A DNA stretch of 64,000 nt from contig JBLDXI010000006.1 in the NCBI GenBank assembly GCA_047495785.1, positions 310,001-374,000 of the forward strand, given 5' to 3'. The DNA comes from Lepidodermella squamata (Eukaryota > Animalia > Gastrotricha). Position numbers and translations under genes: made by a program. How positions within the stretch are numbered: position 1 is the first letter of the stretch; the number at the start of each line of letters is the position of its first letter. This document shows positions 48,527-60,391 of the stretch, piece after piece. Under the pieces are notes generated by a model that did no database searches, was not told where the DNA came from, and saw only the letters and a program-made list of their open reading frames with translations.

Positions 48527-49206
48527 TATCATGGATGTGTTTTGAACTGATTTTTTGCAGCGAAGGAACGAATGGAGTGGAGAATGCAAGCTGCAGCAAC
48601 TGTTTAGTAGGGAATCTTATCTTTAAAAATTAGCTACAGCGCAGGCGCATGCAGATGAACAGTTTGACCCAGTTTCGCTCATCAGTGATTGGCCGGAGCA
48701 AATTTAGAGCCGAATTATCTAATCTTTTGAGACTTAAAGATAGCCGTTCAGCGATTGAGCGGTGCGGCAGGTCACCAGTCACCAGCATGTCTCGCTTTTC
48801 ACTCCATTCATGTTTCTTATCAGTGATTGGCTACTTGAGCCTGTGCGCGAAGTACACGGGGGTAATTTACCGTAAATTGTGGCAAAATGGCGACGGAAAA
48901 AAATGACAAGTCGGTTTTTTCGCATTTTTACACAGAGGGTCCTGATTCCGATTTTAGGGAAGCTCAATTTACCCCAGGTTTTGGGCAAATTGGACATGCT
49001 TACCCTAATATAATGGATTACCGTAAACTACAGTATAAAGTCCGCGGCGACTAATTTTCCTGATTTTTGAAAAAGAGGCAAAAAGTGTGGTGATTATTTG
49101 AGTGCGGCGATTATTCGAGTGCGGTCTTTATTATCCTCAATTTTTCAAAACTTGTGGTGTAGCAGACGTAACAGGTGTAACAAGGGGCTCTTTTTGACTT
49201 TCACTT

Positions 49207-49388
49207 GCCATTAGAACAAGCAACGATCCGAGAAGTCCGACAAAAACTGAGCGTTGCTCGATTGATGTTGCGCTTAGGTCGTGAATGTAGCCGATAAAAT
49301 AAGGCCTTGGCTCGTCATAACCTATGCCTGGGATCTTCGCCATAATCCAAACGCCATTATATCCATTCGTGCGTAGTGACGAATTCAT
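49207..49388 (-). pseudogene. 5' fragment (about 61 codons) of a G1/G7-type GPCR
   Basis: MNSSLRTNGYNGVWIMAKIPGIGYDEPRPYFIGYIHDLSATSIEQRSVFVGLLGSLLVLMA, then unrelated sequence. Confidence 0.85.
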
Positions 49389-49658
49389 ACTAACCTGTGT
49401 TACTTCTGATTTTCTGATTTGTAAGGTTTTAATTTGGAAATCCGTGGGGATAAAACCACGTTATCATGTATCACCAACTTTAAAAATTGCTGACATTTTT
49501 AATTAATCTCAAAATCAACACACTTGGTAATAGCAGTTATAGGCACACATAAAGCGCGTTTCATTTACACATAAAATCATGAAAAAGCTCATATATTAGG
49601 TACCTCATTCATCCCTCGTATGAAGTTCTTGTGGGTCGTTCAACGTGAGTTCAGCGAT

Positions 49659-50052
49659 TTACAGCATGAAGTAGCCGGCGAGTAGAATCGAACCAGTGAC
49701 AGCAGCTATAGCTCCGAAATTCACGGTGGCGCTGTTGCAAAAATCGGTGTCGCACCAACAAACCGTTGTTGTGACACCGGCTTGAACGTTGGTAGTGCAT
49801 GTCATGTCAACGCCTGGGTTGGTGGTGTAGCATTTCTTAGAGATGCCTTCGACACCGCCAAACTCAGCGACCGCTTTATTGCACACTGAGCAGTTGGAAT
49901 ACGTGACATACTTGTCATTGCTACTGTCACCCTCGTAACACACGACAGCAACTAAAATTGAACATCAATTCTGATATTGTTACATGTGAATTCTTACGTG
50001 AACCAGCGACAAATGCCATGAATACAAATGCGAGAATTAGGACGCGGGACAT
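49659..50052 (-). CDS. Ly6/uPAR GPI-anchored protein L8 (exons 50052-49998, 49951-49659)
   Basis: MSRVLILAFVFMAFVAGS signal exon, 46-nt intron, CWCDTDFCN plus hydrophobic tail. Confidence 0.88.
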
Positions 50053-51470
50053 TATCAGTTATATTTTTCAAACTGCTTTTCGGAAATGGAGTGGAGATAC
50101 AGGTTGCAGTAATTATGTATAGCGAGGAATCTTATCTTTAAAAATTAGCGGCTGCGCGAGTGCGGCAATCCTTGCATGAAGGCAGCCTGACCTAGTTTCG
50201 CTGATTGGGAGGAGCCAATAGATTATAACCGATTGCGTGGACGGATTATCTAATCTGTTAAAACTAACAGATAGCTGCGTGGTAATTTTGCGCTGCGGCG
50301 TTGCGATTTTATCGTATGGATCATCTCAACCAGTTCAATCAGTCCGAAGGTCAACTCAATCAATGACCAGGGACCACCTCATCCATATCTTTGCCTGTTC
50401 GTTAGCCCTATATGATTCAGCAGTTGGAAAAGATTATCTGAATCATTTCAGATGACATGCCTTTGCAGGCTTCAACACGCTTTTCAATCGCAGGGCTATT
50501 CTCAGGCTCTGCTATCTTGGATCACGGAGCCCGGTGCTGCCAGGGATGGAAAAAAAACTGCCAGATGACCAGTCGATGCCAATCGATAAATAATCCGATC
50601 TCCGCCGGGACAGCTTCTGTCTAAGCCTGGGATTGCGGATAACTCTTATCTGTGGCTGCGGGCTGTGCTCATTGTGCTCATGAGCATGCATATGTATCAA
50701 GGAACATTTGAATTCCGCAACTATGGCATCCTTGTCCTCAGCTATAATTTCGTTAAATTCACCAACCTCGAATAAACCAGCGTAGTAGTAGCTTATCGAT
50801 ATTTCGTGTAACGTACTTCGAGACTTTCGGCGAAGTCTTGGAAGAACTTGGTAATAGCTGGCTCTGAATAACGGATTGATTATTGGATCACATATCTACC
50901 TATGAAAGCTCGTGTTTCATTAACTGCCGTGCTTCTATTTGAAGCTTACGGTTGATGGTAGCATAGAAGATCCATTCTTCTCTATATCCCATTGTTCTTG
51001 TAAGTGATGAGTTTGACGTTTTTGTGAACTTTTTCTTCGGTATTGCTCTACGTGAGGATTTTCATATGGTATTTGAACACTAGTGCGGCTGAGAACATTT
51101 CCGATTTTTGATGAATAACATAGGAAGACAATTTTTGTTCATTTTGCTCATTTTGAACATCGCATGCAGCCCAAGAGCGGTATTTGCACACGTGCTAATT
51201 ACCGCGTCTACTGATGTCAATGGGCTACTTTCTATAGTAATTTGGCGGCGGTTACAAACTAAAATATACTTCAGACAGCGAGACTGATATACTGCTCATT
51301 AAAATATTTGAATAAACACTCGTGATTTGCGCGCGCTTGATTAGTAATAAAACCGGAAATTTTAGCAATCTAATCAAGACAACGTGGGTGTCTTCTGAAC
51401 CCGTTATAAATTACGTGCATTCACGTCTCTGACGAATATTTTCCGACGTATTTTAATCAACTACTTCCCA

Positions 51471-51878
51471 ATGCTGAAAAACGTTTTCTTTCTCTTGATG
51501 GTTTTGGAGGTCGCTGTTTGTTATAATCAACTGTTTCAAGATCTCAATAGGGAACTCGTCTATCTCGATCAGCCGGTCGAATATGAGGAACAGCCTGAGG
51601 ATGTTTCGTACGCCCAGCAGCAAATCATCAAACCTCAGCCATTACTGAATTGGCGCAAAATTCACCGACAGTTGAGCAAGCAACTCGGCGAGCAGCTGAG
51701 AGTCGACAGGAAAACACTGAAACAGTTGGTGAAGCTGCTCAGCGCGCGAGCGATGCAGAATAGAAACTTGAAAAGCACCTCTGATTTCAAGAAGATACTT
51801 GTTCTCAGCGAATCGCCTGTTATCGACATTCCGGATGACTCAACGCGGAGGTCAGGTTTTTTCGCATTCGCTCGATAA
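51471..51878 (+). CDS. Secreted 135-aa protein, candidate neuropeptide precursor
   Basis: Signal peptide MLKNVFFLLMVLEVAVC; TATAAA at about 51405, AATAAA at about 52012; dibasic sites (RK, RK, KK, RR) and C-terminal RR-SGFFAFAR*. Confidence 0.65.
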   Translation: MLKNVFFLLMVLEVAVCYNQLFQDLNRELVYLDQPVEYEEQPEDVSYAQQQIIKPQPLLNWRKIHRQLSKQLGEQLRVDRKTLKQLVKLLSARAMQNRNLKSTSDFKKILVLSESPVIDIPDDSTRRSGFFAFAR

Positions 51879-52604
51879 TAGGCTCACAATTATTAGGTCA
51901 ATTGATGAAATATCATTGTTGATAGTCTGATCTGATATCTACGCATAAATGGTTGGACGTGCAAATCATTCAGTGATTAAAAGTCTCAACAATGTTTATT
52001 GATGGCTGCACAATAAATAAAATTATGACTTTAAACGTTCTGTATTTTACCAAAAGCTGAAGTTGTGCTGTTTTCCCGAGGCAACTCGAATCGATTTATC
52101 GGAATTATCTTATTTTTACTCACAGTGCCACAAAGTTCCATAACTTCAGTCCTGTTAAAGTCGCAAACTTTCAATGCCTGTGTTCAGTAGCTTTTTTGCT
52201 TTTTCATAACAACACCGAAAAGCACCCCAGTTCTCGGATCATGCTTCGAAAACTGCTGGAGGGAATGGGGAGTATCGCACCATCTGCTAATATGGCCAAG
52301 GTGGGAAACCCTAAAAAGACCGCGGGGTTTTACATTTTTCAATTCGTGTATCCTACTACGCGCACCAGTCAGCATCTTAATTAAATATTATTGAGTTCAT
52401 CTTCTTTTGAATGTGTCGTAAAGCTGACAGACGTAGCAATAGCATGCTGTCAAGTGATAACAAGCACGTGAAACTCATTTAGTGAGTCAAAACTCTAACG
52501 AAACCCCGATCCCCAATGCAATTAGCTGGATACGTAGGGGCAAGACTTGAATTGCGTCGATAAGACGATCAGTTTTATTTTATAAAAATCTCCGTAAAAT
52601 AGTG

Positions 52605-52961
52605 TTACAATAACAAAGCCGGAAGAGTAATAAGAAACACTGGAAATAAGAAGTATTCGTTCCCATAGGCTTTTCTCCCGTTGTTACATAAGTCTCGATC
52701 GTTGCAGAAGCAATCCGTTATGGAGACCCCATCGTCGAGCTCCATGGTTGAGCATTCCATTTTAGTATTGCCTCCATCGCTTGGCATGCAGGTTTTCATA
52801 ACGACTTCAACTCGAGCAGAGTTGTTGTTCGAAACTGACTTGGCGCAGAAGGTGCAGTTGGAAGAGGGCACGTAAACGCCTCCAGCTCCAGAGTAGCACT
52901 CGAGAGCGGTAGCTATGGCCACGGTGGAAAACAGCGCTAAAATGAACAATTTTGCCTCCAT
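52605..52961 (-). CDS. Divergent intronless Ly6/uPAR GPI-anchored protein L9 (118 aa)
   Basis: Signal peptide contiguous with LECYSG...CTFCAK...KTC...MEC...CFCNDRDLCN and a hydrophobic tail. Confidence 0.88.
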   Translation of the reverse strand: MEAKLFILALFSTVAIATALECYSGAGGVYVPSSNCTFCAKSVSNNNSARVEVVMKTCMPSDGGNTKMECSTMELDDGVSITDCFCNDRDLCNNGRKAYGNEYFLFPVFLITLPALLL

Positions 52962-53473
52962 AATTTGAACGATTATTATCGATGTAGCTCTCAGTCACCC
53001 GAAAGACAAAGTCATCATTTGTTATCACCAGCGTCTATTTTTATCGCCATACAAGTTATCTCTTGAACGTAACCATTTTTGGCAGGAAAAATTGCGTTAT
53101 CTTCAATTAACTAAACATCCTACCCACTTACATTGCGCTAGCAAAATAACAATATAGGTTCAAAGAATTAGACTGGGCGTATCCGGTTTCTGAGATAGTT
53201 AAAACACCAGCCGCTCGTTTGGGTTGAGTTTGGACTGTAAAATACTTGCATGGTCTCAAAAAGCTTGCAAATCACGAATTCCATTATTTCCAGGTTGACT
53301 AAAAGCGCCAAAGTAGCTACTAGTGTTTATTTTTGTTGACAACCTTGACCTTCGTAACCTGACATTTCATTCATGAATTTAATTTCAAACTGATTTACAC
53401 AGCGCGACCGAAATGAATGCAGCGTTTCCATTTATTTAGCCATATATTCTTATTGATATAATTTCATGATGAT

Positions 53474-53869
53474 TTACAACATGTAATAGGCGGCGAACAT
53501 GATTGAAACAGCGATAGCAGCTTGAACACCGGCAGTCACAGGAGCGCTGTTGCACAAGTCGGTGTTGCATAGGCAAAGAGTTTCAGTGACACCACTTTGA
53601 ATTTGTGTCTTGCACGTCAGTTCAAGGCCTGGGTCGGTCGAGTAGCACGATTTTGAGATGCCTATGGCACCATTATACTCAGCGACCGCTTTAATGCACA
53701 CTGTGCAGTTGTCGGACTTGGTGTACTTATTAGTAGCGTTGTCACCAACGTAACACTGGATGGCAACTAAAATTAGGCTCATCAATTCTGATATTATTTC
53801 ATGCGAATTCTTACGTGAACCAGCGATAAGTGCGATGAAGGAGAATGCGAGAAGGGTGATGTGGGGCAT
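53474..53869 (-). CDS. Ly6/uPAR GPI-anchored protein L10 (exons 53869-53815, 53766-53474)
   Basis: Signal exon, 48-nt intron (stop-free, multiple of 3), CLCNTDLCN plus tail. Confidence 0.88.
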   Translation of the reverse strand: MPHITLLAFSFIALIAGSRKNSHEIISELMSLILVAIQCYVGDNATNKYTKSDNCTVCIKAVAEYNGAIGISKSCYSTDPGLELTCKTQIQSGVTETLCLCNTDLCNSAPVTAGVQAAIAVSIMFAAYYML

Positions 53870-56298
53870 AATCAATGCGTTGGTTTCAAACGTATTTCTC
53901 GTATAAAATATGAAGAAATGGCGTTAGGAAAAATATTCAAAATTGACAGGGAAATCTTATCTTGATGCTAGTTTACAGATAGCTGCGTCAAATTCGGCTA
54001 TCAGACAAGGTGCGGCTTATATTAATCTTCAATCTGAGGGAGTGGGCGGTGGTATTTTGCCTCGGCTCAGGTGGTCAAAGCAGAAAAAGGTGCCTTCAAA
54101 AAGGTACCCCCAGCGCCTACTCCCAAATATGGTTCCCATATATTTATTCATATTGAAAGCTGATACCAAACTACTGTTTTTTCCAGCACTCATCCTTCAT
54201 CCTTCTATCAGGCAGCGCGATGGGCAATTTCAAGTGAAAGAAACGGATAATTTTCGGCGAGGATTAATTCGAAAGTTCTTTTCATTCAAAGAATTACGAA
54301 AGCGATGAAATCCCGCATTGAGGGATTGAAAAACAAAGCACATCAATCAAGATCTTATAGAGATCAGAGTAACGATTTACTGCGTAAAATAGACTGCGAG
54401 CAAGACCGACAAAATGATAGCCGCTTGAGACAAGCAGTCACCGATGCGCTGTTGCATAGATTCGTGTCGCACCAACGTGGTTGCGTCTCTCTTCAAGCAT
54501 TTTATTACTACTGTAGGTTCACAGACCCGATGCGCCCCTCGCATGCCTGTCGAAGGTGTTGCAAGCTCGCCGCGTTATGCCGGGGATCAAGGGTTTATCT
54601 GCGTTCGAGTGTTTACACGCCGGATAAGCTACGTGTGAAGGACTCGGTCACTAAAATGGGCCACTTAGACAACTACGCGCACCATGCAGTTACTACCTGC
54701 AATAAATAGGAACTAACTGTGCTGTTCAGTTTTGTTGTCAAAAAGAAATGCGATATCATGGCTATTTAAGAGCTAAGACCTTTTGCGAACAGCGATCGCT
54801 ATTAGGTAGCGCTAAGCTATAACGTGTAGTTTTATTAGGTAGACCGTGCTATGTAAAGTGTGCGCAAGCATTGTTTTGCCTCGCTTTTTTTGAATAACTT
54901 TTCAACCGTAAGTGATGCAAAGACGCGGTTTTGAGCAAATTAAAGACCAGGTGTGGTCTGATTATTCCCTAAGAGCTTGTTTCAAAAAGATGTACCTCAA
55001 AAAAGTTGTGAAAGAAATGCGTTTCGCCATTTTTCATACTTTTTCATTTTTGAAAAATGAAAGTTTTGGATCCGATGTGGCCTGAGTTGATTGTATCTCT
55101 CGCCAGAGGCTTCAGGTTTTGTTGACAGATGGTCTGTGAAGGATCCAAGTCACCGATTCCCGAAGCAAAAATTGCACGACTCTCCGATACTCGAGGTTTC
55201 ATCAAATTGGCACGGATCAATAAAAAATTCTGCAAAATCATTCCCGATCTCGGTTGGTGGATAAGACCTTTTCTGAGGGCGCTAATTAAAATTTCCCTGT
55301 TGACGGCGCGTTATTGACTCAATTCCCAACTAAGAAAATTTTCCAATAAGCCGTTTCACAGGAGGATGCCATTCAACCTCAAATCCTGTAAAGTGCCATT
55401 TTTCAAAAATAGGAATTATCGAAAAAATCGCGAATTGCATTTTGGTCATCAATGTTCTCTCTCGAATCCCATTCTACCGAAAATTTGAGGGAGGATTACC
55501 CCACACTGGATCGATATCGACTGGCGAAAACCGCATTGAAAAATTCCTCATGGTTATGGAGTTATTCAAAAAAAGCGGGGCAAAAAAATGTTTGCGCATA
55601 CTTTATCGCCCATCGGGCTGCTATCCTCATCCGAAGGTCTTATTCGAACGGCTTATATCAGTGCTCCGCAAACTTTTTTCACCATCGGCATTTTTGGCGG
55701 CCGGAAAGCCTAAGCTCCAGCCACAATTTTGGCTGAAAATAGTGCAAAACAGGCTGAATGGCCGGAAAAAACTTTGCGACTTGGGCAGCTAATTTTTTAT
55801 TTAAAATTAAAATTTAAAATTATATTTTACCGTATTATATAAATAAATAAATATAGTATATTTGCTTCCTCCTTTAATAAGGGTTCGAGTTTAGAAGGAT
55901 TTTAGAGTGTCATTTTGACAAATACAGCAACAATTTTCCCATCCATGGCAGCTCCGGGATCCAAGATCGCACCCTGCATACCAGCTCGATCAGTTCGCAT
56001 GGCCAACTCAATCAATGACCAACTCAATCGAGGGAAAACAATCATCATGGTTGATACCGAGACGTTTCGGCTGGGTCTTCCATGAAAGCCCAGATCTGGT
56101 CATGCAAAAAGCTACATGTATCCTCCTCGGATTTCCTAGCTGGATTCATCCTATTTCGAGCGGTTTTTAACATTTAATTAGGTTACTAAGAGTGATTGAT
56201 TTTTATTTTCCCGACTGGGCATCATTTTATTAATTATTCATTGAGCCCAATGCCCAATGCACATTGCAAGAACAGTAACATCAAGTTCTTAAACAAGT

Positions 56299-56700
56299 TC
56301 AGAGCATAAAATAGACGGCGAGTAGAATCGAACTAGCGACAGCAGCTTGAGTACCGGCAGTCACAGGGGCGCTGTTGCATAGGTCGGTATTGCAAAAGCA
56401 AGTAGTCGCTTTTGTGCCGGTTTGCGTCTGGGTCTGGCAGGTCATATCAGCGCCTGGGTCCGGAGTGACGCACATTTTCGTGGTGCCTTCGATACCGCTA
56501 GCTTCAATGACAGTTTTCTGGCAAACAACGCAGTTGTCAACCTCTGCGTACGTCGTACCACTAGTTCCTTGGTAACACTTGATAGCAACTGTAATGTAGA
56601 ATAAATTGGGAATCAATGTCGATTTAATTCATCGCAAATACTTACATGAACCAGCGAAAAGTGCGGTGAAAACGAAAGCGACAAGAGCGATCCGAGACAT
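56299..56700 (-). CDS. Ly6/uPAR GPI-anchored protein L11 (exons 56700-56646, 56588-56299)
   Basis: MSRIALVAFVFTALFAGS signal exon, CFCNTDLCN plus tail; TATAAAA upstream at about 56784-56790. Confidence 0.9.
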
Positions 56701-56783
56701 CATACTCCGTGCAGTATTTCAGTATGTTTTTACGTGAGGATTGGGTTAATAGCGAAATAAGGGTAAATGCTTGATGGTGCAGC

Positions 56784-56810
56784 TTTTATAAAGAGCGGGT
56801 TATCTTATCT
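56784..56810 (-). promoter_or_regulatory. Tandem GATA motif (AGATAAGATAA) followed by TATA box, representative of the Ly6 promoter architecture
   Basis: Minus strand reads agataagataacccgctctttataaaa; similar AGATAAGA/AGATTAGATA motifs lie just upstream of L1, L2, L7, L8, L10, L12-L15. Confidence 0.55.
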
Positions 56811-57635
56811 CAAACCAAGTCAATCGTGGCGATTTTTGCCAAATTTACAAAAGTTTCAATTTTTCTATAATTCCGCTTAGATTGAAGCCTAATTTCACAG
56901 AAATTTAATGACTAGTACTATGAATGACCGGGAATCGTTTGATATGAAATTCGGCTAGATCCGAGAGGCATGAATGAACGGCAAAACGAAAATCAAATTC
57001 TGCGTGGCGAATGACCTTGTCTCGTTAACTAGGCCTGTCTTATCTTCAAAACCACCGGGGAGCATCAAAATCGTGGGCGCCAGGAAAGACACATCTTTTC
57101 ATTGAGCCATTTCCCACCGGTGATAAGATAAATCTTGGTTTTTCCTTTTTTCACCATAATTTTGTCTTGAAAATAGACAATTTTGGAAATTTCCGTGAAA
57201 TTCGGAAAACATCTTCTTCATCAAACCAAATATTTTCCCATCTAACCAGAAACCAGAAATTGGACCCTTCAATTAGTCAATTAAAAATCCCTTTTCTTTC
57301 ACTCTAAAGTTGGAATTATTCCTCCAAAATACGTGTTAGGAGAATATTGGTGTTGCTTAGATAATGCTTCTAGAGCAGGATATCAGGAAATATCAGGATA
57401 TCAGGAAATGGACCGGTTTTCCAAAATTTTTCAAATTTTCCTCTTTTTACAGTTTTCCCTTGCGGCGTCTTTCCTGGGCCGCAGAAATGAGCTGGAACGT
57501 GTTGACTAGGCTTGAGGTATGGTTCATATCTTAGATAAACGAGTAATATCATGAAGTTTATTGCTGCAAGAATGAGCTGAGGAAAATCACAATTTAAAGT
57601 CCTTTCAGCAATCAGGATTGGAAGCTGTTTAGAGC

Positions 57636-58031
57636 TTAGAGCATGAAATAGGCGGCGATCAGGATCGAACCAGTGACAGCAACTCGAGCGCCGGTGGTCA
57701 ATGGGACGCTGTTGCACAATTCGGTGTTGCAGAAGCAAACAGTTACGGTAGCTCCACCATCCGACTGAGACGTGCACGTCATGGCAGTGCCTGGATCGAT
57801 TGGCAAGCATGACTTGGAGATAAGTTCGACACCGTCAGCGTCCGCAGCTGTTTTTGAGCAAACCATGCAGCCGTCGACTTCAGTGAAATTATTAGAACCC
57901 TGGTAGCACTTGATGGCAACTGGAATGCAACAATCTTATATTTAAAAATCCGATTTTATTCAATGCGAATTCTCACATGAACCAGCAATAAGAGCATTAA
58001 AAACGAAAGCTATAAGGATGATGCGAGACAT
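57636..58031 (-). CDS. Ly6/uPAR GPI-anchored protein L12 (exons 58031-57977, 57919-57636)
   Basis: Signal exon, 57-nt intron, CFCNTELCN plus tail. Confidence 0.9.
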
Positions 58032-58570
58032 GGTCAGTGCTGTATTTCAAAACATTAATGTGTGATAAAGAAAAAAAAGGAAATAAGAGAAAGTTGGGGC
58101 AGTTTATAGAGCGGAGTATCTAATCTATAAGGCCAAAGCCACGACCGGATAAAACGGCGAAACTGGCATCGTCAAGCGAAACAGGAGACAAGAATGTTTT
58201 TCTATAGAGCAATGCCCCACCGGTTATAGGATGAACCACGTTTTCACGTTGCTACTGGAGTAGCATCGGCCGCAACATTCGCGGTTTCAGTGCGACGCTA
58301 ACGGTGATAATGCTCTTCCTTGCGCTGAACGTTATGGTTACGGTGGTTACAAAGCAGTCCACAGTTAACAGTTACTCCGCGTATATTTCGTCGCGCACCT
58401 AAATGCTCTCATCGCAATCAGCAATCTGTTAACCACCAGCACGACCGCTAACTCTATGGTAGCTCTTATAGATTCAATTGGTCATATTCATCAAGTTTAC
58501 TGATGTACGAATGATCAGAAGAAAGGCAATTAAAAATTAAATTTAAAGTAATGAGTTGACGTAGTGACGT

Positions 58571-59001
58571 TTAACAGCTATTTAGAGCTTGAAATAAGAC
58601 GGCGAACAGGATCGAACCAATGACAGCATCTTGAGCGCTGGCAGTCACAGGGGCGCTGTTGCATAGGTCGGTGTTGCAGTAGCAAGTAGTTGCTGTTGTG
58701 TCAGTTTGCGTCACGGTCGTGCAAGTCATATTCACGCCAGGGTCCAGAGGCACACAAAGCTTTGTGGTGGTGTCGACACTGGGGGCTTCAACGACTGTTT
58801 TCATGCAATAAGCGCAGTTGTCAGCCTCTGTATACGACCCATCAACGCTAGACCCCTGGTAACACTTGATGGCAACTGAAATGTGAAATAATTAATAAGA
58901 GAATCCAATTTAATTCAATCCAATTCAATTTAGTGATAATTCTTACGTGAACTAGCAAGAAGAGCCGTAAAAACGAAAGCGGCAAGGTTGATGTGAGACA
59001 T
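58571..59001 (-). CDS. Ly6/uPAR protein L13 (exons 59001-58947, 58875-58571), altered C-terminal end
   Basis: Signal exon, 71-nt intron, CYCNTDLCN; 1-nt insertion near the end turns VYFML* into VLFQALNSC*. Confidence 0.82.
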
Positions 59002-60029
59002 GGTCAGTGCGCTGCCACGGAATTGTAATTCGTCAATAGCTAATAGCGGGGCGAGATAAATTGCAGGTTGGTGCAGCGAGGTATCTTATCCTCTAACACT
59101 AAAAGCATGACCGAAGAGGTTTAATTATCTGGAACGACATCGGGGGCGTGAAGCGTATCAAAAGGACTGTCCTTTCCATTGAGCATATTCCCACCGGTTA
59201 TAAGATGAATCGCGTTCAAAGCCATCACACAAATCACAACAAAGTCTGAGATGGTATAATTTTCACTGATCACTGTTTGATCACTGTTCACTGTCCGAAT
59301 ACGTCGCCTTCTCACGTTCGGTGAACGTAGGTTCGGATTTGCGCTACGGCGCTTCTTCGGCGCTTCGTCAGCTAAGAGCGGACGTATTTGCCCGCTTTGA
59401 AGCACTCTAGGGGAGGGCCATTAACCTTCAAAATAAGCAGCGCTGTAACAAGGAAAACAGTGACAAAAAATCAAATGATTTAGCGATTGCTAACCTTCAA
59501 CAGTCCAGGCCTTCAGCCTTCAGCCTTTTGCGCTCATCTGACCAAATAGAATTCATGGCGGAGAAACCCCTCTCGCACTCAGCAATGCAGAGGGGTAGTA
59601 TCGCCAACTTATCGTAAATCAACGCCAATTGCAAATCAAGTTTCCGCCAATTGCAAATCTATTTTTCACCTCGAGCTACCCCAGCATCACCCCAGCGACA
59701 CCCCAGCACCCCTGTACTTCGTACCCATTTGGTTTTAGCTAGCAAATCTCACCCAGCAGCTAGCGAAAAGTTGCGAAAGTGCTCGAATGAGGTGCGATAA
59801 AAATAAATGCCCAACAGCAGGGGACCTTCTTCTTTTAAATGGTGGCAGACAGGAAACCTTCTTCTTTTAAATAATGTAAACTCCCAGGTATGCGCTAATC
59901 GGTGCTACAAAAAGCATGATGTTACAGACATTCATTTTCATAGCGTTTATTGGCACATCTGTGCAGAAGAAAATAAAAGTGAAAAAACAGTGGAGTTTCA
60001 AGAATTTAATTAATCGATGATCTATGATT

Positions 60030-60391
60030 GTTATTGACGCAGCATAATAGGCCACAGCCACCGGAACGGTGTTGCACAGGTCGACGTCATTGCAGAAGCA
60101 CACGCAGCTGCTGGTATGTCGTTTAGCAAGCAACAACATCACGAAGTTCATTTCTATGCCTGGGTTGACTGTCAGGCGTAAAGCTTCAACCTTATTCTGG
60201 CAAACCGCGCAGTCAGTTGTCGCCCACTGTGTTCTCTTCACATTAACGCCAACGCAGCACTTGATGGCAAAACTTACATTTAGAACGCGTTGATATTCAA
60301 TTTATATCTCATTCACTTCAAATTCTTACGAGATTCAAAAAGTAGTGCGGTAGATAGTAATGTGACAAGTGACAATCGTGATGTTGGACAT
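60030..60391 (-). pseudogene. Degraded Ly6 pseudogene L14
   Basis: Remnant signal exon with frameshift; AIKCC...DCAVCQ...CFCNDVDLCN with internal deletions and missing Cys. Confidence 0.75.

Noticed and set aside
49030-49135. Possible Tc1/pogo terminal fragment (tacagta..., gcggcgattattcgagtgcgg)
   Set aside because: Only one end is visible with no matching TIR, so it cannot be delimited.
53943-54709. ORFs of 121 and 134 aa
   Set aside because: No motifs or signal features, and the first overlaps the L10 promoter; likely spurious.
54840-55800. Repeat-like region with ORFs 55442-55792 and 55129-55317, possibly a non-autonomous DNA transposon
   Set aside because: No TIR/TSD pair or transposase motif could be identified by eye.
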